DNA of 64,000 bases from Eutreptiella sp. 'Long Island Sound 2002' (GCA_964036045.1 OZ038378.1:180296001-180360000); one strand, 5' to 3'. Counted from the first letter of the stretch, positions 37,901 to 52,800 are shown. Numbers and translations are program-made. Notes: generated by a model from the sequence alone, not told the origin.

Positions 37901-40900
37901 GCGCTGGTGCATGTCCAGGGGGGCAGCAAGGCGGCCCCCACGGTGGCGGCCCTGCTGCAGACTCTCCGCCGGTCAAAGACCAGCCTGGCGGTACCGGGCA
38001 CGGCCTTGCAGGGTGTGGTGCAGACCGAGCGCCAGCCCTGGGATACGGCCGACCTGGAGGTGGTGGACCCCGCGCCGCCGGGGCATATCCTGCAGCTCGT
38101 CTGGGAGCGTCTCCCGGAAGATGACGAGCGGGAGGCGGCCCGAGCTCCCGGACATAGATCCAGCGCTGCTGGACCCCTGCCGTCCACAGTCCGGGCGTTC
38201 TAGACCCGGCGATGCCGACATACGCCGGCTCCACGTGGGGTCCTTCGGCAAGGACCACGCCTGGCGGCACCTCAAGCCGCTCATGGGGGCCGCCCTGCCC
38301 CACCCCCCGCCCATGCAGGCAGCGGTCAGGGGATCGAAGGTCGAGGTCTCGGCGGATCTCCCGTCGCCGGTGGCCCCGCTGGTGATGCGCGCCAGCGGCA
38401 AGGCCCGGGTCCACTTCCGGCCGTGGATAGTTACGCGCGCTGCTTGCCAGCATCCCGCGTTCGTGCTGTGGAACAAGCAGCCGCCGGAGCGCCGCGGGCC
38501 CTCCCCGGAGGTCTGGAAGACCCTCGCCGAGGACCAGGAGCCCCACTCGATGTTCGCGGGACTAGTGGACGGGGGTGCCCCCGGCAACGTGGGAGTCCGC
38601 ATCTGGGGGGCCACGCCGGCGGACCCCAAGGTGGTGGCGCACATTGCCGGTCTGCTTGGCGCTCCCGCCCCGGCGCAGACCACATCTGTGCGGGTCCGGG
38701 GCTACCCGGCACAGCTGGCAGTGGACAAGTATGCGCAGCTCCGGCGCTACGCCCAGGAGGTATTTGGGCCGGAGGTGCCCACCTGCGTCCACCGCTGCAC
38801 CCAGCTGGCTCACAGCACCCTCGACTGGCCGGTCTTTGACCTTGAGCTTGAGGGGGTGCCGGAGGACTGGCAGGGTGGGGTCCTGCGCCTCTAAGACCTC
38901 CTGGCCGGGGCCTGGAACGGGTGGTGGCACACCGGCCACTAGCACGGGGACGGCCCGGTCTGGCTGTCCGCCGTCCAGCACCCCGGCGGCCCCGAGTTCG
39001 GGACCAAGGGGGCCGCTGTGGGTCAAGCCGTGCAGTGGAGGTACCCCCGGGTCCTCTACGCGCGCGCCCCCCGGCTGGACCCTCGCAGCGCCCGCCGCCC
39101 CTACAAATGGCGCTGGTACCTGGCGCCCATGTGGCGGGAGGAGACGGGCCAGCCGCTGTGGCGGCCGACCTGGCACGGCCGGGTGGAGTGCTGGGACGAC
39201 CCCGCAGCGTGGTGGTTCCTCCGCCCGCTCCGCCGCCTCACGAGGCAACGTGGCGGGACATGGCCAACGCGGTCCACGCCCTCCTCCCTCTGGTCACCGA
39301 TGTGTGGTGGGCCGCCCTGCCGGAGCCGGGGGAGATTCATGCCACGGCCCGGTGGCCCGACGTCCTCCGCCGTACTGAGCCGGGGCCCGACCGGGACCTC
39401 CTGCACGAGGTCTTCCAAGAAGCTCTCCGCCTCGTTGGGGAATGGGAGCAGGGCGGCCCCTCGCGTGCGCGGCCGCCCCCCCTGCCGCTTGCCGGTGGCG
39501 GGCCTCCACCTCCCCCTACAGCGCCCCCTCCACCGCCCGGCGCGCCCACTGTGGGGCGATGACCGAATCCGACCGCCTGACCACGGTGCAGCGGGCTTGG
39601 GGTCGGAGATTAACTTGCATGCCTTGCTGCCCCTCTGGCCCCACCCCTTGCGCCCTCTGACCATTGGCGGCTGATCGTATGGATGGCAGGGCGATCCTCA
39701 AGGAACCAGATTTTTTTTTGTTAAAGTTAGGTCAGGGACTCGCAATCCACGCTTTGTTGCGTGGCCCCTTGAGTTGGGGTTAGGGACTCTCAATCCACGC
39801 TTTGTTGCGTGGCCCCTTGAGTTGGGGTTAGGGACTCTCAATCCACGCACTTGATGGCCATGAGGAAGCTTTCGCCAACCAACAAGCACCGCGCCTTGGG
39901 ATTCCAAACAGACGGTTGGTCTTGTGGTTTTCAAAGCTTGAACATCGCGAAGCTGGTGGTGGAGCACCGGGGTACTTTTTCCGATGTGCCCCTCATCCCA
40001 ATGGGTGCCGGTTTTGTGGACTATGTGCTTAGCATTGTTAATGCTAATCTTGCTGTGCGGGCCGTTGAGGTGCCCGGTGATGATGTGGAGGGCGTGACCG
40101 AGCTTCCGGGCCCTCTTGAGTCCCCCCCAGCACCCAAGTTGAAGGTGCACTTTCGGCTATCGAGGAGAGTGTTGAGGCCACCCCCACCCCACTGGAAGGC
40201 AAGGAGGCCTCCGCCGAGCAGAGCGTGGAAAGCTCGGAGGCCAGGCTGCAACCTTCCATGGCCGCTCCCACAGAGGAGGACACCCGTCCCAAGGTCCTCA
40301 TCCGTGGAGAGTGGCGCCAGGTGGGGGAGGTGCATACCCAGCAGATGCATCTGGCCAGCTGGAGCGTGACCAGCTTTTCATTGATGACCTGTCCAAGCAG
40401 CTAGTAGCAGAGTTGCGCGCCGCTTGTCGGTTTAACCTCAATCTTGGTGCAAAGCCCAAGCCCAGCGACACAAAAACGGACTTGATCTACAAGCGTGCAT
40501 TCTGCAACTACTTGTAGCGGGTGCATGTTTTGTGTGCTGTATTTTCCTCCGCCCGTTTGGTGTACCAATGGTGGAGCGTATAAGATTGCTATTATATTGG
40601 CCGCACATCAGTGCCTTGGTGGCCTACAATGGTGGCACTAGCGTTGGCCATGGCCCTGTCGGGGCTCTTTTTCTTGAGCCTGATTTTGTTTGCGGTGCTG
40701 GCACACTGGATGTTAGCCATGGCCCTCTTAGGACTCTTTTCTTGAGCCTCATTTTGTGTTTCGTGCCCATGACACCCTATGAAACTATGTTATATTGGCC
40801 CCACACCAGTGCCTTGGTGACCTATAATGGTGGCACTAGCGTTGGCCATGGCCCTGTTAGGCTTCTTTTTCTCAAGCCTGATTTTGTTCCCAGTGCTGGC

Positions 40901-42327
40901 ACACTGGATGTTGGCCATGGCCCTGTCAGGTCTCTTTTCTTGGGTCTGATTTTGAGTCTAGTGCCAATGACACCATGTGAAACTATGTTATATTGGCCGA
41001 GTCCCAACTAATTGGTGGCTACGCAGAGTACTATGTGCTTTGTGGACTCAACATCCCATCGTTAAGGTCGCTATGGGGTGCCGTACGGAACCGGCAGCTG
41101 TACATATTGCGCATGTATTGCAAAGGTTGCGTTTCTTTCAATTTTTCAATTTTTTTTATAATTTACACGCCCTTACCGCAAAAAAAATCAATTTTTTGTT
41201 ATAATTCACACAACTTACCGCAAAAAAAATTACTCGCATTTACCGCCAAAAAAAAAAATTACACGACTAGACGATTTTTTTGTACACGACTTACATCTTT
41301 CACGGGGTTTAGGGGGTCAAAATTTTTTGAAATTTCGACTCCTGTTTTGTTGACATTGAAATCACCAATTATATCACAGAGGTTGTACGTAGGCCTACAT
41401 ACATGGGAAAACGCCACATACCTCCTTTTGGGGCCCATTCGTGGACCACACCCCAAGGGGCCAAAGCAGCCCCCCCCCCCCAAAATCCGCTTTGTGGGGG
41501 GGGGGGGGTAGGGAGCCCCCCCCCACCCCCACCCACCAAGGCAGGTGCAGCTGCAGCACCTGTTTTTCGGGGCTGCGGGTGGGGTTTTTGAAGCATTTGT
41601 AAGCTCTTTTGGGCTCCAAATGGAAAAAGACCGAAAGAATTGTGATTTAGGACCAAAACAAATGGGGGGGGGGGGGCAAGCTGGTGCGGTCCCCTGACCC
41701 TTCTTGTGGTGCTGTGGCATGCTTCTACTTGCTGTTGTGGGTACCTGCTTCCATGGACCCTGCTTTGCACAGCTTTTGCAAGCATGTTGCCCAACACTCA
41801 TTTGCTTGTGGCCTTCTTTACCCCCAGACCAATGTTGGGGTCTCAGGTTCAGTGAGGCTCGCGTGGGCTGGCTAAAAGATGGCGTTCCATGGGGAGCTAT
41901 GTAGCACGAATTAGGCCCACCTACTGGTCCATTGGCCCGTGAAAAAGCTGTTTTTGGGCTATGTCAGCATTTTTTTGTTTTTGCCACTCAAGAAGGTTTC
42001 ATCGTTCCCTTGTCACAGAAGACTCTTTGGTGCAAGTGCAACATGTACACAAGTAGAATTGTTCTGTCAACTGTTAGAATTTATGGTGCAGTTGGATTAT
42101 GTGAAATTCAGGCCTCCTGATTGTGGGAACACACTGATAGCATAGGGTTGTCCTCCTACATATTCAATACACTATTGAGAGCTCAATTGGAGACAGAGGT
42201 GCACTGGAAAAACAAAACTTGCAGTGTATGTCATTTGGCGTGCCAACTGGTCCACACAGGCAACAAAACGGTGACTCCGGTTCTGTTTTCCCCCGCCAAT
42301 AGGCCAGCAATTTGTTGATGAGAGGTC

Positions 42328-42364
<37 letters not shown>

Positions 42365-43809
42365 ACGGTTGGATGGTTGCATGCAATACATGCATACATA
42401 CATCTCTTGCTTGTGCTGTGACTGATCTGTGCTGGCCTGTGAGACCTGCTGTTCTGTGACTGGACCCTTGGTGCAGTGGCCGGCCTCCCGTAGAAGCCAG
42501 CGATGACAGTGAGACGTCACACCAAGGTGTTCGCTGATGGAGAGAGATAACTTGGTAAACCCAAGTTGCAGCTGGCCCTGAGCACCAGTCGCCTGCTGTC
42601 TGTTGCTCAGCTGCTTGCTGCTTCCCGCAGGTCTGACCTGCACAGGGCTCTGAAAACCCTTCCGGACATGGTTTACACATGTTGCTTTACCATTTTTCTT
42701 GCTCCGTTCTTGTTTCAGGGTTCTTGACGCGTGTGTGTGTGTGTGTGTGTCGGGGGGTCCCTTTCTTTCTTGGTGGTGGCAAGCTTGTGGAAACAAACCA
42801 CGGGTCTGTGTTTGTGTTGTGGCATAGACCTACGGATGCAGTGCTCCCAGATGGCCAGATGGGCAACCCTGGTGTATTAAGGTATTGACAGGAACAACTC
42901 CAATTTGCATGGTCAGGACTTGTAGCATTGCTTGAGCAATAACTGCAGAGTGGAACTCAAGTCACATCTGTCTGTTAGTACCATCGGTACTTCACTTTGC
43001 AATACTGCCTTGTAGAGGTGTTGGTGCCTCGTGCAGCAGCCTGCTGCCCCTCGCCATTCAGTCTCTCTTCTCTCTTTCATTTGTCTGTAGCTTGCCATTT
43101 CATTTCCTCCTCTGCAGATACATGCCACAATGCTATTTGCATGTGAGCCATATCCTTTGCATGCACGCATGCGCATTTGGAGACAACCCCGCCACAGGGA
43201 CTCCAACTGTCACAGAAAGGCGCCTAGTTGTGCAACTTTCGAGGCAAACCGCATTCAGACAACTGCTTTGTTGCTCTGTTTGCACCCGGTCAGGATCACC
43301 CCACCGACGACCGGGGATCCAAGTTGGTGGAGGCCGGCAGGCACCATGGGGCTGGCGAGCGGGTGCGCCCTACCGGGGGACCGCATCTCCTCCTCTCCTC
43401 CCCCCCTCTGTTTGCTCGCTTTACACATGCGTGCAGGTAGTCTTTGTGTTTGTCTACTTTTATGCATGTTTGTGTGTGTTTGCGTGTAGTATCTGCTGAA
43501 GGTTCTGTTACCCAAAGGCAATGGCTGGGATGCCTACCCATGGGGACGGATAGATGGGTCTGTGTGTGTGTGTGTGTGTGTGTACCCCTTGTGAGAGCAA
43601 CACCCTTGTCAGAGCAACAGTAGGTGTTGTTTCAGCAACTTCTGGAATCGCGTCCTTCTTTGCCCTTTATACATACACCCCTTTGTCAGAGCAATGGTAG
43701 GTGTTGTTTCCGTCAAAGTTCGGGACTTTGGTGTTGCTCTTGCAAGGGGGGGGGGGGGTATGTGTGTGTGTATGTGCTTGTGTTTGTGTGTGTGTGTGTG
43801 TGCATCTGC

Positions 43810-43840
<31 letters not shown>

Positions 43841-46800
43841 GACCTTGCCTACCTTTTTGTGTTCATGGCCCGATGATATTGTTCTGGTGACCAGTGCCCT
43901 GCCTGCTTGCGCGTCTTGTCCTCACTGACGTTGTGCGCCCAGTGGTATTGACCCCCTGGTTACCCGCACGGAGTGTGTGTGTATGTGTGTGTGTGTTGCT
44001 TTTGCAGCACAGTCTGCGTACCTGGTCTGCATCCAGCACTTCAACGAGTACACCCATTGCTCATGTGTGTGTGTGTGTGTGTGTGTGTCTGTGTGTCTGT
44101 TTGTGTGGTGTGTACGCATGGAAGTGACTCCAGGGTATAGAGCTGGTTGATGACCAAACCCAACGGTTGTGTGGGGGAGTTCCACATTCCTTGCACCCCC
44201 CCTCACCCCTCTGCAGGTGCAGCTGACCCCCCACGCGTTTAACACGACCCTCGTAGTCTGCACGGAGACTGCGTACGACGGATGTGTCACAATCCACGAG
44301 CGGCGCGTCGCGGTCTACGTCCTGCCAGAGCCCTGGATTACGAGCGGAGGGCCCCAGCGCCAGGGCTCCTACAATGACTGCCGCATGATCCACAACAAGA
44401 ACAAGCCTTTCGAGGGCATCCTGGACATCATTGGGGACCTCAGCCCGGCGCTGTTCCGTGGCGTGTGGTGGGACACTGTCCCCACGGCGCCCGTCATCCA
44501 GGGCAACAGCCTGCAGACGCGGATGACGATTCCGTACACGTGGTGGCAGAACAATGATGCGCTGCGGCTGTACGCCACCATCGCTTTTGTGCTGCCCGGC
44601 AACCGATCCTTTGAGGTGGTGAACGTCCACAGAGCGGTACGTGTGCATGCGTCCGCGAGCTTCATCCCCCCCCCCCCCAGCCATTGTGCTGCTCCCTAGC
44701 CTCCCTGGCGTGCACTAGAGTTGTGGGCATCTTGGTTCTGGGCTGAATCGCCGGTTCATGTCGCACTACGGACTGAGTTCGTGTCGTGGCGTACATGCCA
44801 TGTTCCATGTTGGGTCACACTGCACTTGGGGTGTGTTTGCTGCTGCTGGACACACTCGGCCACACACCTGACGCCCAGCCTTCACCTGGGCATGGAGGGC
44901 TTGGGGCCTATGGGACATTCAATGGCCAGTTGCACATGAATGGAACTGAGAAGGCAATGAAGGCCATGTGGAGGCAGGCACAGCTGGAGCACAGTGGCGG
45001 GTCCACACCTGACCCCATCCCAGGCTGTAGGCTCTAGGGCCCACCGATGATGACTTACAGTGAACCCTGTCAGCGCTGGCTGGAGAGAATGGACGCGGGG
45101 GGGGGGGCCAGTGGGACAGACATTGGACGAAACTGTCCCCCCCCCACCCACCCAACAGGATGAGCAGTGGCGAGAGGCCAATAGGCGCTGCCAAAGGCAA
45201 ACAACCTAATACCGAAGCCTTGTGCCACCCCCCCCCCCCCCCAACCACCACACACAACAGCGCTGGGGGAAATCCTCGGACAACAGAGGCCCTGGGTTGG
45301 TATCCCCCCATCCGCCCCCCTCCAGACACACGGGAACAGTGAGGCATACGGACACACACCCTCGGCCCCGGACCCTGGTTGTAGCGACTGGGTACAGAAC
45401 CATGGCCCTTAGCGGGGCTTCCGACGGTCTGCGGCTTCGGCCTCTGCCACACAGGGACCGGGGGGCCGTGCTCAAAGAGCAAAATGCCTTGGAACACTGC
45501 GCACCACTGATGACCACCAGTTGGTGATCCGGAACCCCCTTAGCCTCGTGTTCCATTTCCCACATTGGTGGTGATGGTTGGCACCGTACGTGTCTTGGGA
45601 ACGACTTCGTGTGAGGCATCCCGGCGCCGGCGGCAGCACCTATGAGCAGAGACCTCACTCTCACCTACCAAAAATACTTTTCCCCACCGTCTGTGAAGCC
45701 CACTGGCGCCTTGATAGTTCCTCTTCGGACCTCACCGCAGCCTGCATGCGATCCACTCGGTGTGGCTCGGAGAATGTGTGGCGGCAGCAACACGGTGCAA
45801 TTTTGCAGGAGCACCCAACACTAAAAGCCCAACAACTGTGATCCTACAGCGGAGTCAACCTTTACGGAGCTGCAATAGGGCAAACCATGTCCTGTCCAAC
45901 CTGGGTTCCCGTATCCTCCCAATTCAGGCAGCCCATCTGCTGCATTGCTCAGCACCAACCGGCACGTTGGCGGGATCCCTCCACAAAACTCAAACAAGTG
46001 CATTGTACCGGGTGTATTGGCCCAGTCCGCCTCTGGAGTGACCACATACACAAACACCCGGACGGAAGCCTTATGGAAAAAGGATGATACCCCTGACTGT
46101 ACGAACACACATTCTGTGTATTTGTAGCATAGATTCACAGATTGCATTGATTTGTATTGGCTAAACTCAGTGGACATTGGCTGGAATTGCCTGGGTAGGG
46201 GCATCCAGTATCTGTTGCCAACCGCAATTGTGCCACATGCACATCTGCAACCCTCACGCATGCAGGCCGCACATATGCATGTCCGCGCATGCATGCCTGC
46301 GCCGATGCACGGAAACAAGCGCGCACCCGTCTCAGCATGTACAGCACCCAGGCCACGGTGGTCCACAATGATCGCCAGGCCACAGTGGTCATTTTGAGAT
46401 ACATATGTTGGGGGTGCAATTTTTAGGGCCGGGGGGCGAATCGAGTGCCCAGCAATTTTTTTCTGGTACTTTTGGCGCCCTCTCCTTGGGGACTTTCTTA
46501 GCCGCTACTCCGCAACTAACTTTTAAAAAGAGGAAGAGGAGGAGGATGAGCTGTGACCCGTTTCTAGTTTTATGGCTTATGCTCCGGGACTATATACGTA
46601 TCCAGTGGTATACATGGGCACTGTTGGCGCCACCCTGATGTGCATGCTTTGGGGTTGTGCGGCTGCTGTGGTAAAAGGACCGCCTGTGGACCCGGGTAAG
46701 ACTGTCCCTCACTCACCCATCTGTGGGATCAAAGGGTTGAAGCTAGAAGGTAGACAGCTGGCGGGACCATTCACTCTTGTTCTGTGTCGGATCCCATTCC

Positions 46801-49800
46801 TGCCGGTGCCACTTGGCAATCAGTTCTATGGTTTCACCAACGGATCTGTAAAGATTGGAATATATGCGAAGCGCTGGCAAGACACTGCTGTCATGGTACG
46901 CTTTCATGAGACCCATTGCCCATGCAATGCCAGCCACGCAGATCTTCGATTAAGGATGTCCTCCCTTGGTGGCGCTCACCCCAAAGCATGCAGTATGCTG
47001 CAAAGGTGAGCAGGTGGATCGACATTCCGGTGCACCCACACAAGTGCACTTTTTTTCCCCAGTCTGCGGAGACACAACTCGATCAACAAACGCAGGTCAT
47101 ACAACAGACATGGCACTGCACACCAGTGTTCTCCACGATCGCACGCCCACACTTCTACACAACAGCATTCCAGGTCCGCCACATTCCTAGTCCTCTCGCG
47201 CCCTCTCGCAGTGCGAAGTGATGACGAACATGGGGCCTGATGGGGCTCTAGCCGCTATGACGGTGACGCCCATGGGCCTGTCTACGGCCAAGGCCAAGCT
47301 GCAGCCCCAGGCGAAGGAGACGAACCTGCAGCCGCTGGAGCAGTACGTCGTGCACATCGAGGGGTGGACGCACCACAGGTCCGCCAACCCAACCCAGCTG
47401 TCTGCCTGTCAAACCAACCATCCCCTTCCTGAACCTCCTTGAGCCCAGGAAGTCCACCGGAGACAGAAATCTACGGCTGCAGTGAGACTGCACACTACAC
47501 CACACGCCCAGCCACAAGGTGCCACAGAAGAACCTGCCATGGGTCATACCAGTGATGCTCAATGCTGAGCCTCGCACCCGGTGGGGCGCCACTGTGGAAT
47601 GATCATAGCACTTCGGCCATGATGTGATTGTGGGCTATTTTTCACGCATGGCCTCCCAATCATCTTCCAATAGCCGCCCGATTGTCTGCAATCGACCCTC
47701 ATTATCCTCCTGATGCCCTCCGATAACTTCCCGATAGCCTTGCAATCCCGATGTCCCAAATACCCTCTGATAGCCTCCTTGGCCGTGGGGCTGCCACTGC
47801 TGGCAATCACTGCTACATGACAAACCTCACCCCTCACCCACAACCGAACCCCCCACCTATATGCCCAACCTTGGTGATCCGAAACCCCTGGCCCTCTCGC
47901 ATTGCTGCAGGAGCCTGCTTGAAAGAGGCTGTAGCTCACCGTGTGGGCCATACCCCCACCAGCACCACCCAGAGCAAAATGCCTGGAAATGCAATTTATC
48001 ACCAACGGGTAGCAGATGTGTTTTCTTTTATAGCATTGGCCCGTTGCGGCACGCATTTGATGGGGCAGGAGGCTGGAGGAGGTCAAAAGTGGTTGCCTCA
48101 CAAAACAGGCAAGTCTGCCGTGAAACCAGAAAGGTGGAGCAGGTGGTTGTGGTGGTGGGGGGTACACCATTGGCCAGGCATGCGTTTGCAGGAGGGCAGG
48201 GGTTAGCGCCCCCCCCCCTCTTCAGGAAAACATCTTATTGTGCCCGAACCGGTTCTGTTCGCCTCCCACAGACCCTCTCAACCGCTTTTCCAACCACCAG
48301 TAAATACTCCTCTCGATAGTGCCCCTTCTTTGCTACAGCACCATTTATTACTCCGTTTGGTTTGCCTGGGACACAAACCCGGGGTTCCAATTCCAGCTCT
48401 CAGTGGACTCCACTGACACCCTGCACGTCATCACCGTGCCGGCCCACCCCGACGACGCGAAGATCTCGCTCCTAGTGCGCGCGACCGACGAGTGGCAGTA
48501 CCCCCACAATGACTGCGCGGCCTGCCACCGCTTGGTCCACCTCAAGGGCGTCGGATCGTCCGCCTATTACACGTACCTCAATGGACTGCTGAGCGCTCCG
48601 TGGGACACGGTGATGCCTGCGCTGGAGTTTTTGTCGCTGGTGCAAGACTTTGAGGATGTGGGGCCAAGTATGCGTGTCTGCGTCGTTGTGTTGAGGCAAT
48701 CTGCTGCCCTCGGGACTCTTCTGTGGGCGTGCACCTAAACCCCAGAAATACACAGCCAAGCGCACGATTCCCCTTTCGTGTGTGTCGCGGTCCCATTTTC
48801 TGCTGTTTGGCCGAACATGCACGTCCCTTCGAAAGGGGCGGGCGGGATACCTCCGCGAGACGAAGAAGGTCCATTCCAGAGGGCACGGCAGGTTTTCGTC
48901 TGCGGGGGGCTGGGGGGGAATCGAGTCAGTGGAGCCCTGTCAAAAGTGGGAGGGTAGTCAGGACCATTGACCCGCCCCTGCAGTCCAATCTGGCGCCCAA
49001 CGGCCGCAGAAAACGGTTCGGGGCCCCGAACGGGGGGGGGGGGGGCTAAACGCATGCCTGGCCCATGGTGTGCCCCCCACCACCACAACCACCTGCTCCA
49101 CCTTTCTGGTTCTGCCCGGCCAGTGGGTCGCAGCCCTTCTCTCCGTGGAGGAGCCTTGAGGGAGGAGCAATCAGGTTCACCGGCACTGAGGGCTTGCATA
49201 CCTCGTCCAAAGCGTGTCACTCCGTTGGTGCATCGCCCCTCGTCTCACGACCACCCTCGCAGGTCGCGAAGGTCACTCTCCGCCACAAGTGATGTGCGAA
49301 TAGTGCCACAGGGCCAGGGCTGCCCAAGGAAGGGGGGCCCTTGCAGGGGATGTGCAGCCGGGCGTCTCCCTCCAGACTTGGTACCTTTTTTGGTGAAGTA
49401 GCGATGTCCCTGCCTGACCCCTCCGTGAGCGAACAACTCCTTTCACAATGCAGTTTGGGTTTCGGTGACAGTCCCTGTCCGGGAGCTGAGCACCGGTGTG
49501 AGTGGACCCATCGAGGCAGAGGACGTGACTGGGGGGCACGGATGCATTGGAAGCCCCGCCCCCCCCTCCAGGGCGCCCAGCCAACGTCCAGCCACTGCCT
49601 CCCTGACGGCAAGTGCCAGCTTCAATGGCGTTTGTACCCGACAGTAACCGCCCCCAGACGGTTTGGCAACCTCCTTCAACCGCCTGTCCAACCGCCTCTA
49701 GGCCACCTCTGAGGTCCCTTCCCTTCTAATGCATCCCTGCTGGGGTAATGGTGGGTGGGGTGCTTCGAGCCGGCGTGAATTGAGGGGGGAGTTCTGGGAA

Positions 49801-52800
49801 ACTGGCTCGAAGGGCCAGAACCCAGACCTGCGGGACCCTCCACTGAGATTGGTCCAGAACGACCTTTCGGAAACAACGGGGGGTGAACCAGATTTGCCTG
49901 AATGCTGCGTAAATCAGTCAGTTTAGACGTCCCGCGCTGCTTTCGGTGGGCCCGGCCGTTGCAGCACCGGAGGGGCTGGAACTGCAGGCGCTCCCCACCC
50001 CCACGTGTGACGTGATGACGGCGCCAGGATGCCCTTCGATGGAGGGTGAGGATACCTTCTTGCATCGTTGTGTCACCACAGACACCTCGGATCTCAGTGA
50101 TTCCCCCTTACCACTTCTGCCTCCAGTGTTGCACGGCGCTGTACCCCTTGCGCCATTTCCAGTGTTTATAGCATCGATCCAAGACGCTCACATTGTTGCA
50201 GCTTGAATGATGATTGTGCCCCCAAAAGGGGCTGTGTGGACTGAACCCCATGTTCACCCCATGGCCCGGAGGTGACCCGCACCCCGAATTTCAGAAAAAG
50301 CGAAAATGGCACTTTTGGAATCAGCGCAATTTGAGCGACACCCGAGGCAAAATGCCTGGAATTGCTGCACACCACTGACGTGGAACACCGGGTGATCCAG
50401 AGCCCCCTGGGCCCTGTGTTGCATAGCCCCACATCAGTTGTAGTGGAGATCCGCCTCCGTACTTCACGGTCTGGAAGTGACTGGAAGTGAAGCCTGTCAG
50501 CGTGGGCCCACGAGGGCGGCCGCCCCCCCACGCGCCCACTGCAACTGCCGCAACCTTCCCTCGAGGCCGCATCCCCGTGCCACATCGGCGCACGTCTCTT
50601 GCAGCCCGCAGGGCTGCAGACCTGCAGCCCGTTTTCATCGACAAAGTGCGGGGGTTGGCTGCGAAACACAGCGCGGACTGGTTTGTGAATCAGACCGGGC
50701 CCACGTTCTGGGCGCACCTGAACATGCGGTCCTACACGGTCACGGCCTACGACCTTGCCATCTGCGAGGTGTTCCACGACCTGGCGCTGGTGCACGGCCA
50801 CGAGATGTCCGATGTGGGGCTGTCGAGCGTGGCCTGGATCTACGGGACCGTAATGCGGCGCTACGCCGTGCCGGCGTACAACCGCAGCAAGACCATTTGG
50901 GGGCTCCTGCATGCGTCCCAGGCCTCTGTTGCGGACCAGGCCCAGGCCTCCGTTGCCTCGAAGTTCCGCGCTTTGTCGCTGGTATCCCGCCATTCGCGGT
51001 CGTGCATGCGAGTGTACCCCAGTCCCGAGTCATCTCATGGCCTGCGTGCGTGGAGCTGCGTTGCTGTGCTGATGGTCCGCAGACCACGCTCCTCTGCTCG
51101 CCGCAGCGCATGCCAACACCCAACAACACAGTGCAGCCCAGCCCAGCAGCACGGCACAGCACGGCACGGCACAGCATGGCACAGCACAGCACCGCACAGC
51201 ACGGCACGGCAAGGCACAGCATAGCACGGCACAGCCCATTCCCGGTGTACTCGCCGCCAATGTAGCGTCCGTGGGGCGCAAGTACTCCCCCTTGGGGTTT
51301 AGCGCATTTGGGTGTTTTTGTGGAGATGTGCCCCGGGGCTGTGTGTCGTACCGGGGGATTGCGTACGTTTGGGGGGCGGAGGGAGGTGGTCATTTCATTT
51401 GTTTTCAAGTGTTTCCAAGTGCAGCCTGGGGCCGGAGGCCTTCCCTCGTGGATCGCCGTCTGTGGATCCACCACCAACGACGAAGGGGGGGGGGGGGCAA
51501 ACGAGGACGATCAATACGCACTTATACGCGCGTGTATGCGCGTATATCTGTGACGTACATTATACGCGCGCGTATACACACTTATAAGTGCGTATACTGT
51601 GACATATATTATATATGCTCGCGTATACATGCGAATATACGCGCGCGTATATTATATGCGCGCGTATATGTGTGTATATACGCGCACGTATAATATAGGC
51701 GCGCGTATATACCCATGTATACGCGCGGGTACATACCCATGTATACGCGCGCGTATGATATACGCCCGTATACATGGGTATATACACACGCGTATATTAT
51801 ACGCGCGCGTATACATGGGTATATACATGCGCGTATATGTGTGTATATACCCGCGTATATATTATAAGCGCATGTATAATCCGATGGATGGATACATATA
51901 AATATATATATCTGTATATGTATGTATATGGGTGCACGGGTAAACGCTGGAATCAGACCGTTTGTGGGGAGGGGGGCCTTTGGCCCCCTTCCCAAATATT
52001 GGCACTTCGCTTCTACAACATGCCGACAGTGTCTCCCCTTAGCAGGCCGCGTCTACTTGTGGTGCGCAGTGTCTACAGACTACAAGCCACCTTGCCCGGG
52101 TGCACGGGTAAACACTGGAATCGGACCGTTTGTGGGGAGGGGGGCCTTTGGCCCCCTTTCCCAACATTGGCACTTCGCTTCTACAACATGCTGACCGTGT
52201 CTACAATTAGCAGGCCGCGTCTACTTGTGGTGCGCAGTGTCTACAGACTCTAGGCCACCTTGCCCGGGTGCACGGGTAAACGCTGGAATCAGGCCGTTTG
52301 TGGGAAAGGGGACCTTCGGCCCCCTTCCCAAATATTGGCACTTCGCGTCTACAACATGCCGACAGTGTCTACAACATGCCGACAGTGTCTACAACTAGCA
52401 GGCCGCTCTACTTGTGGTGCACAGTGTCTGCAGACTACAGGCCACCTTGCCCGGGTGCACGGGCAATCGGACCGTTTGTGGGGAAGCGGACCTTCGGCCC
52501 CCTTCCCAAACATTGGCACCCCGCGTCTACAACATGCCAACAGTGTCTACAATTACAGGGCTCCTAAGTAGCTGGGATTTCGGTGACCTTCGGTGATTGG
52601 TGGTTGGGGAGTTTTTTACACTCGGTGACTGCGGTGACTGGCAATTTACAACAAGAAAAGTGAAACAACAAGGGGCATGCAGGGGCTGTGTTACTCGTTA
52701 CTGCTGTGCTGACGTGTGGTTTGTTATGTACTGGGTGTATCAAACCATTGAAAGGCCCAAAAAAAAGTTGACAAAAGCCGGGAGGAAATATCACAAACCA

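Noticed and set aside
51930-52555. Tandem arrays (here, 36075-36965 and 61458-64000) as CRISPR-like arrays
   Set aside because: The units are contiguous with no unique spacers, there are no cas genes, and the context is a eukaryotic intron.
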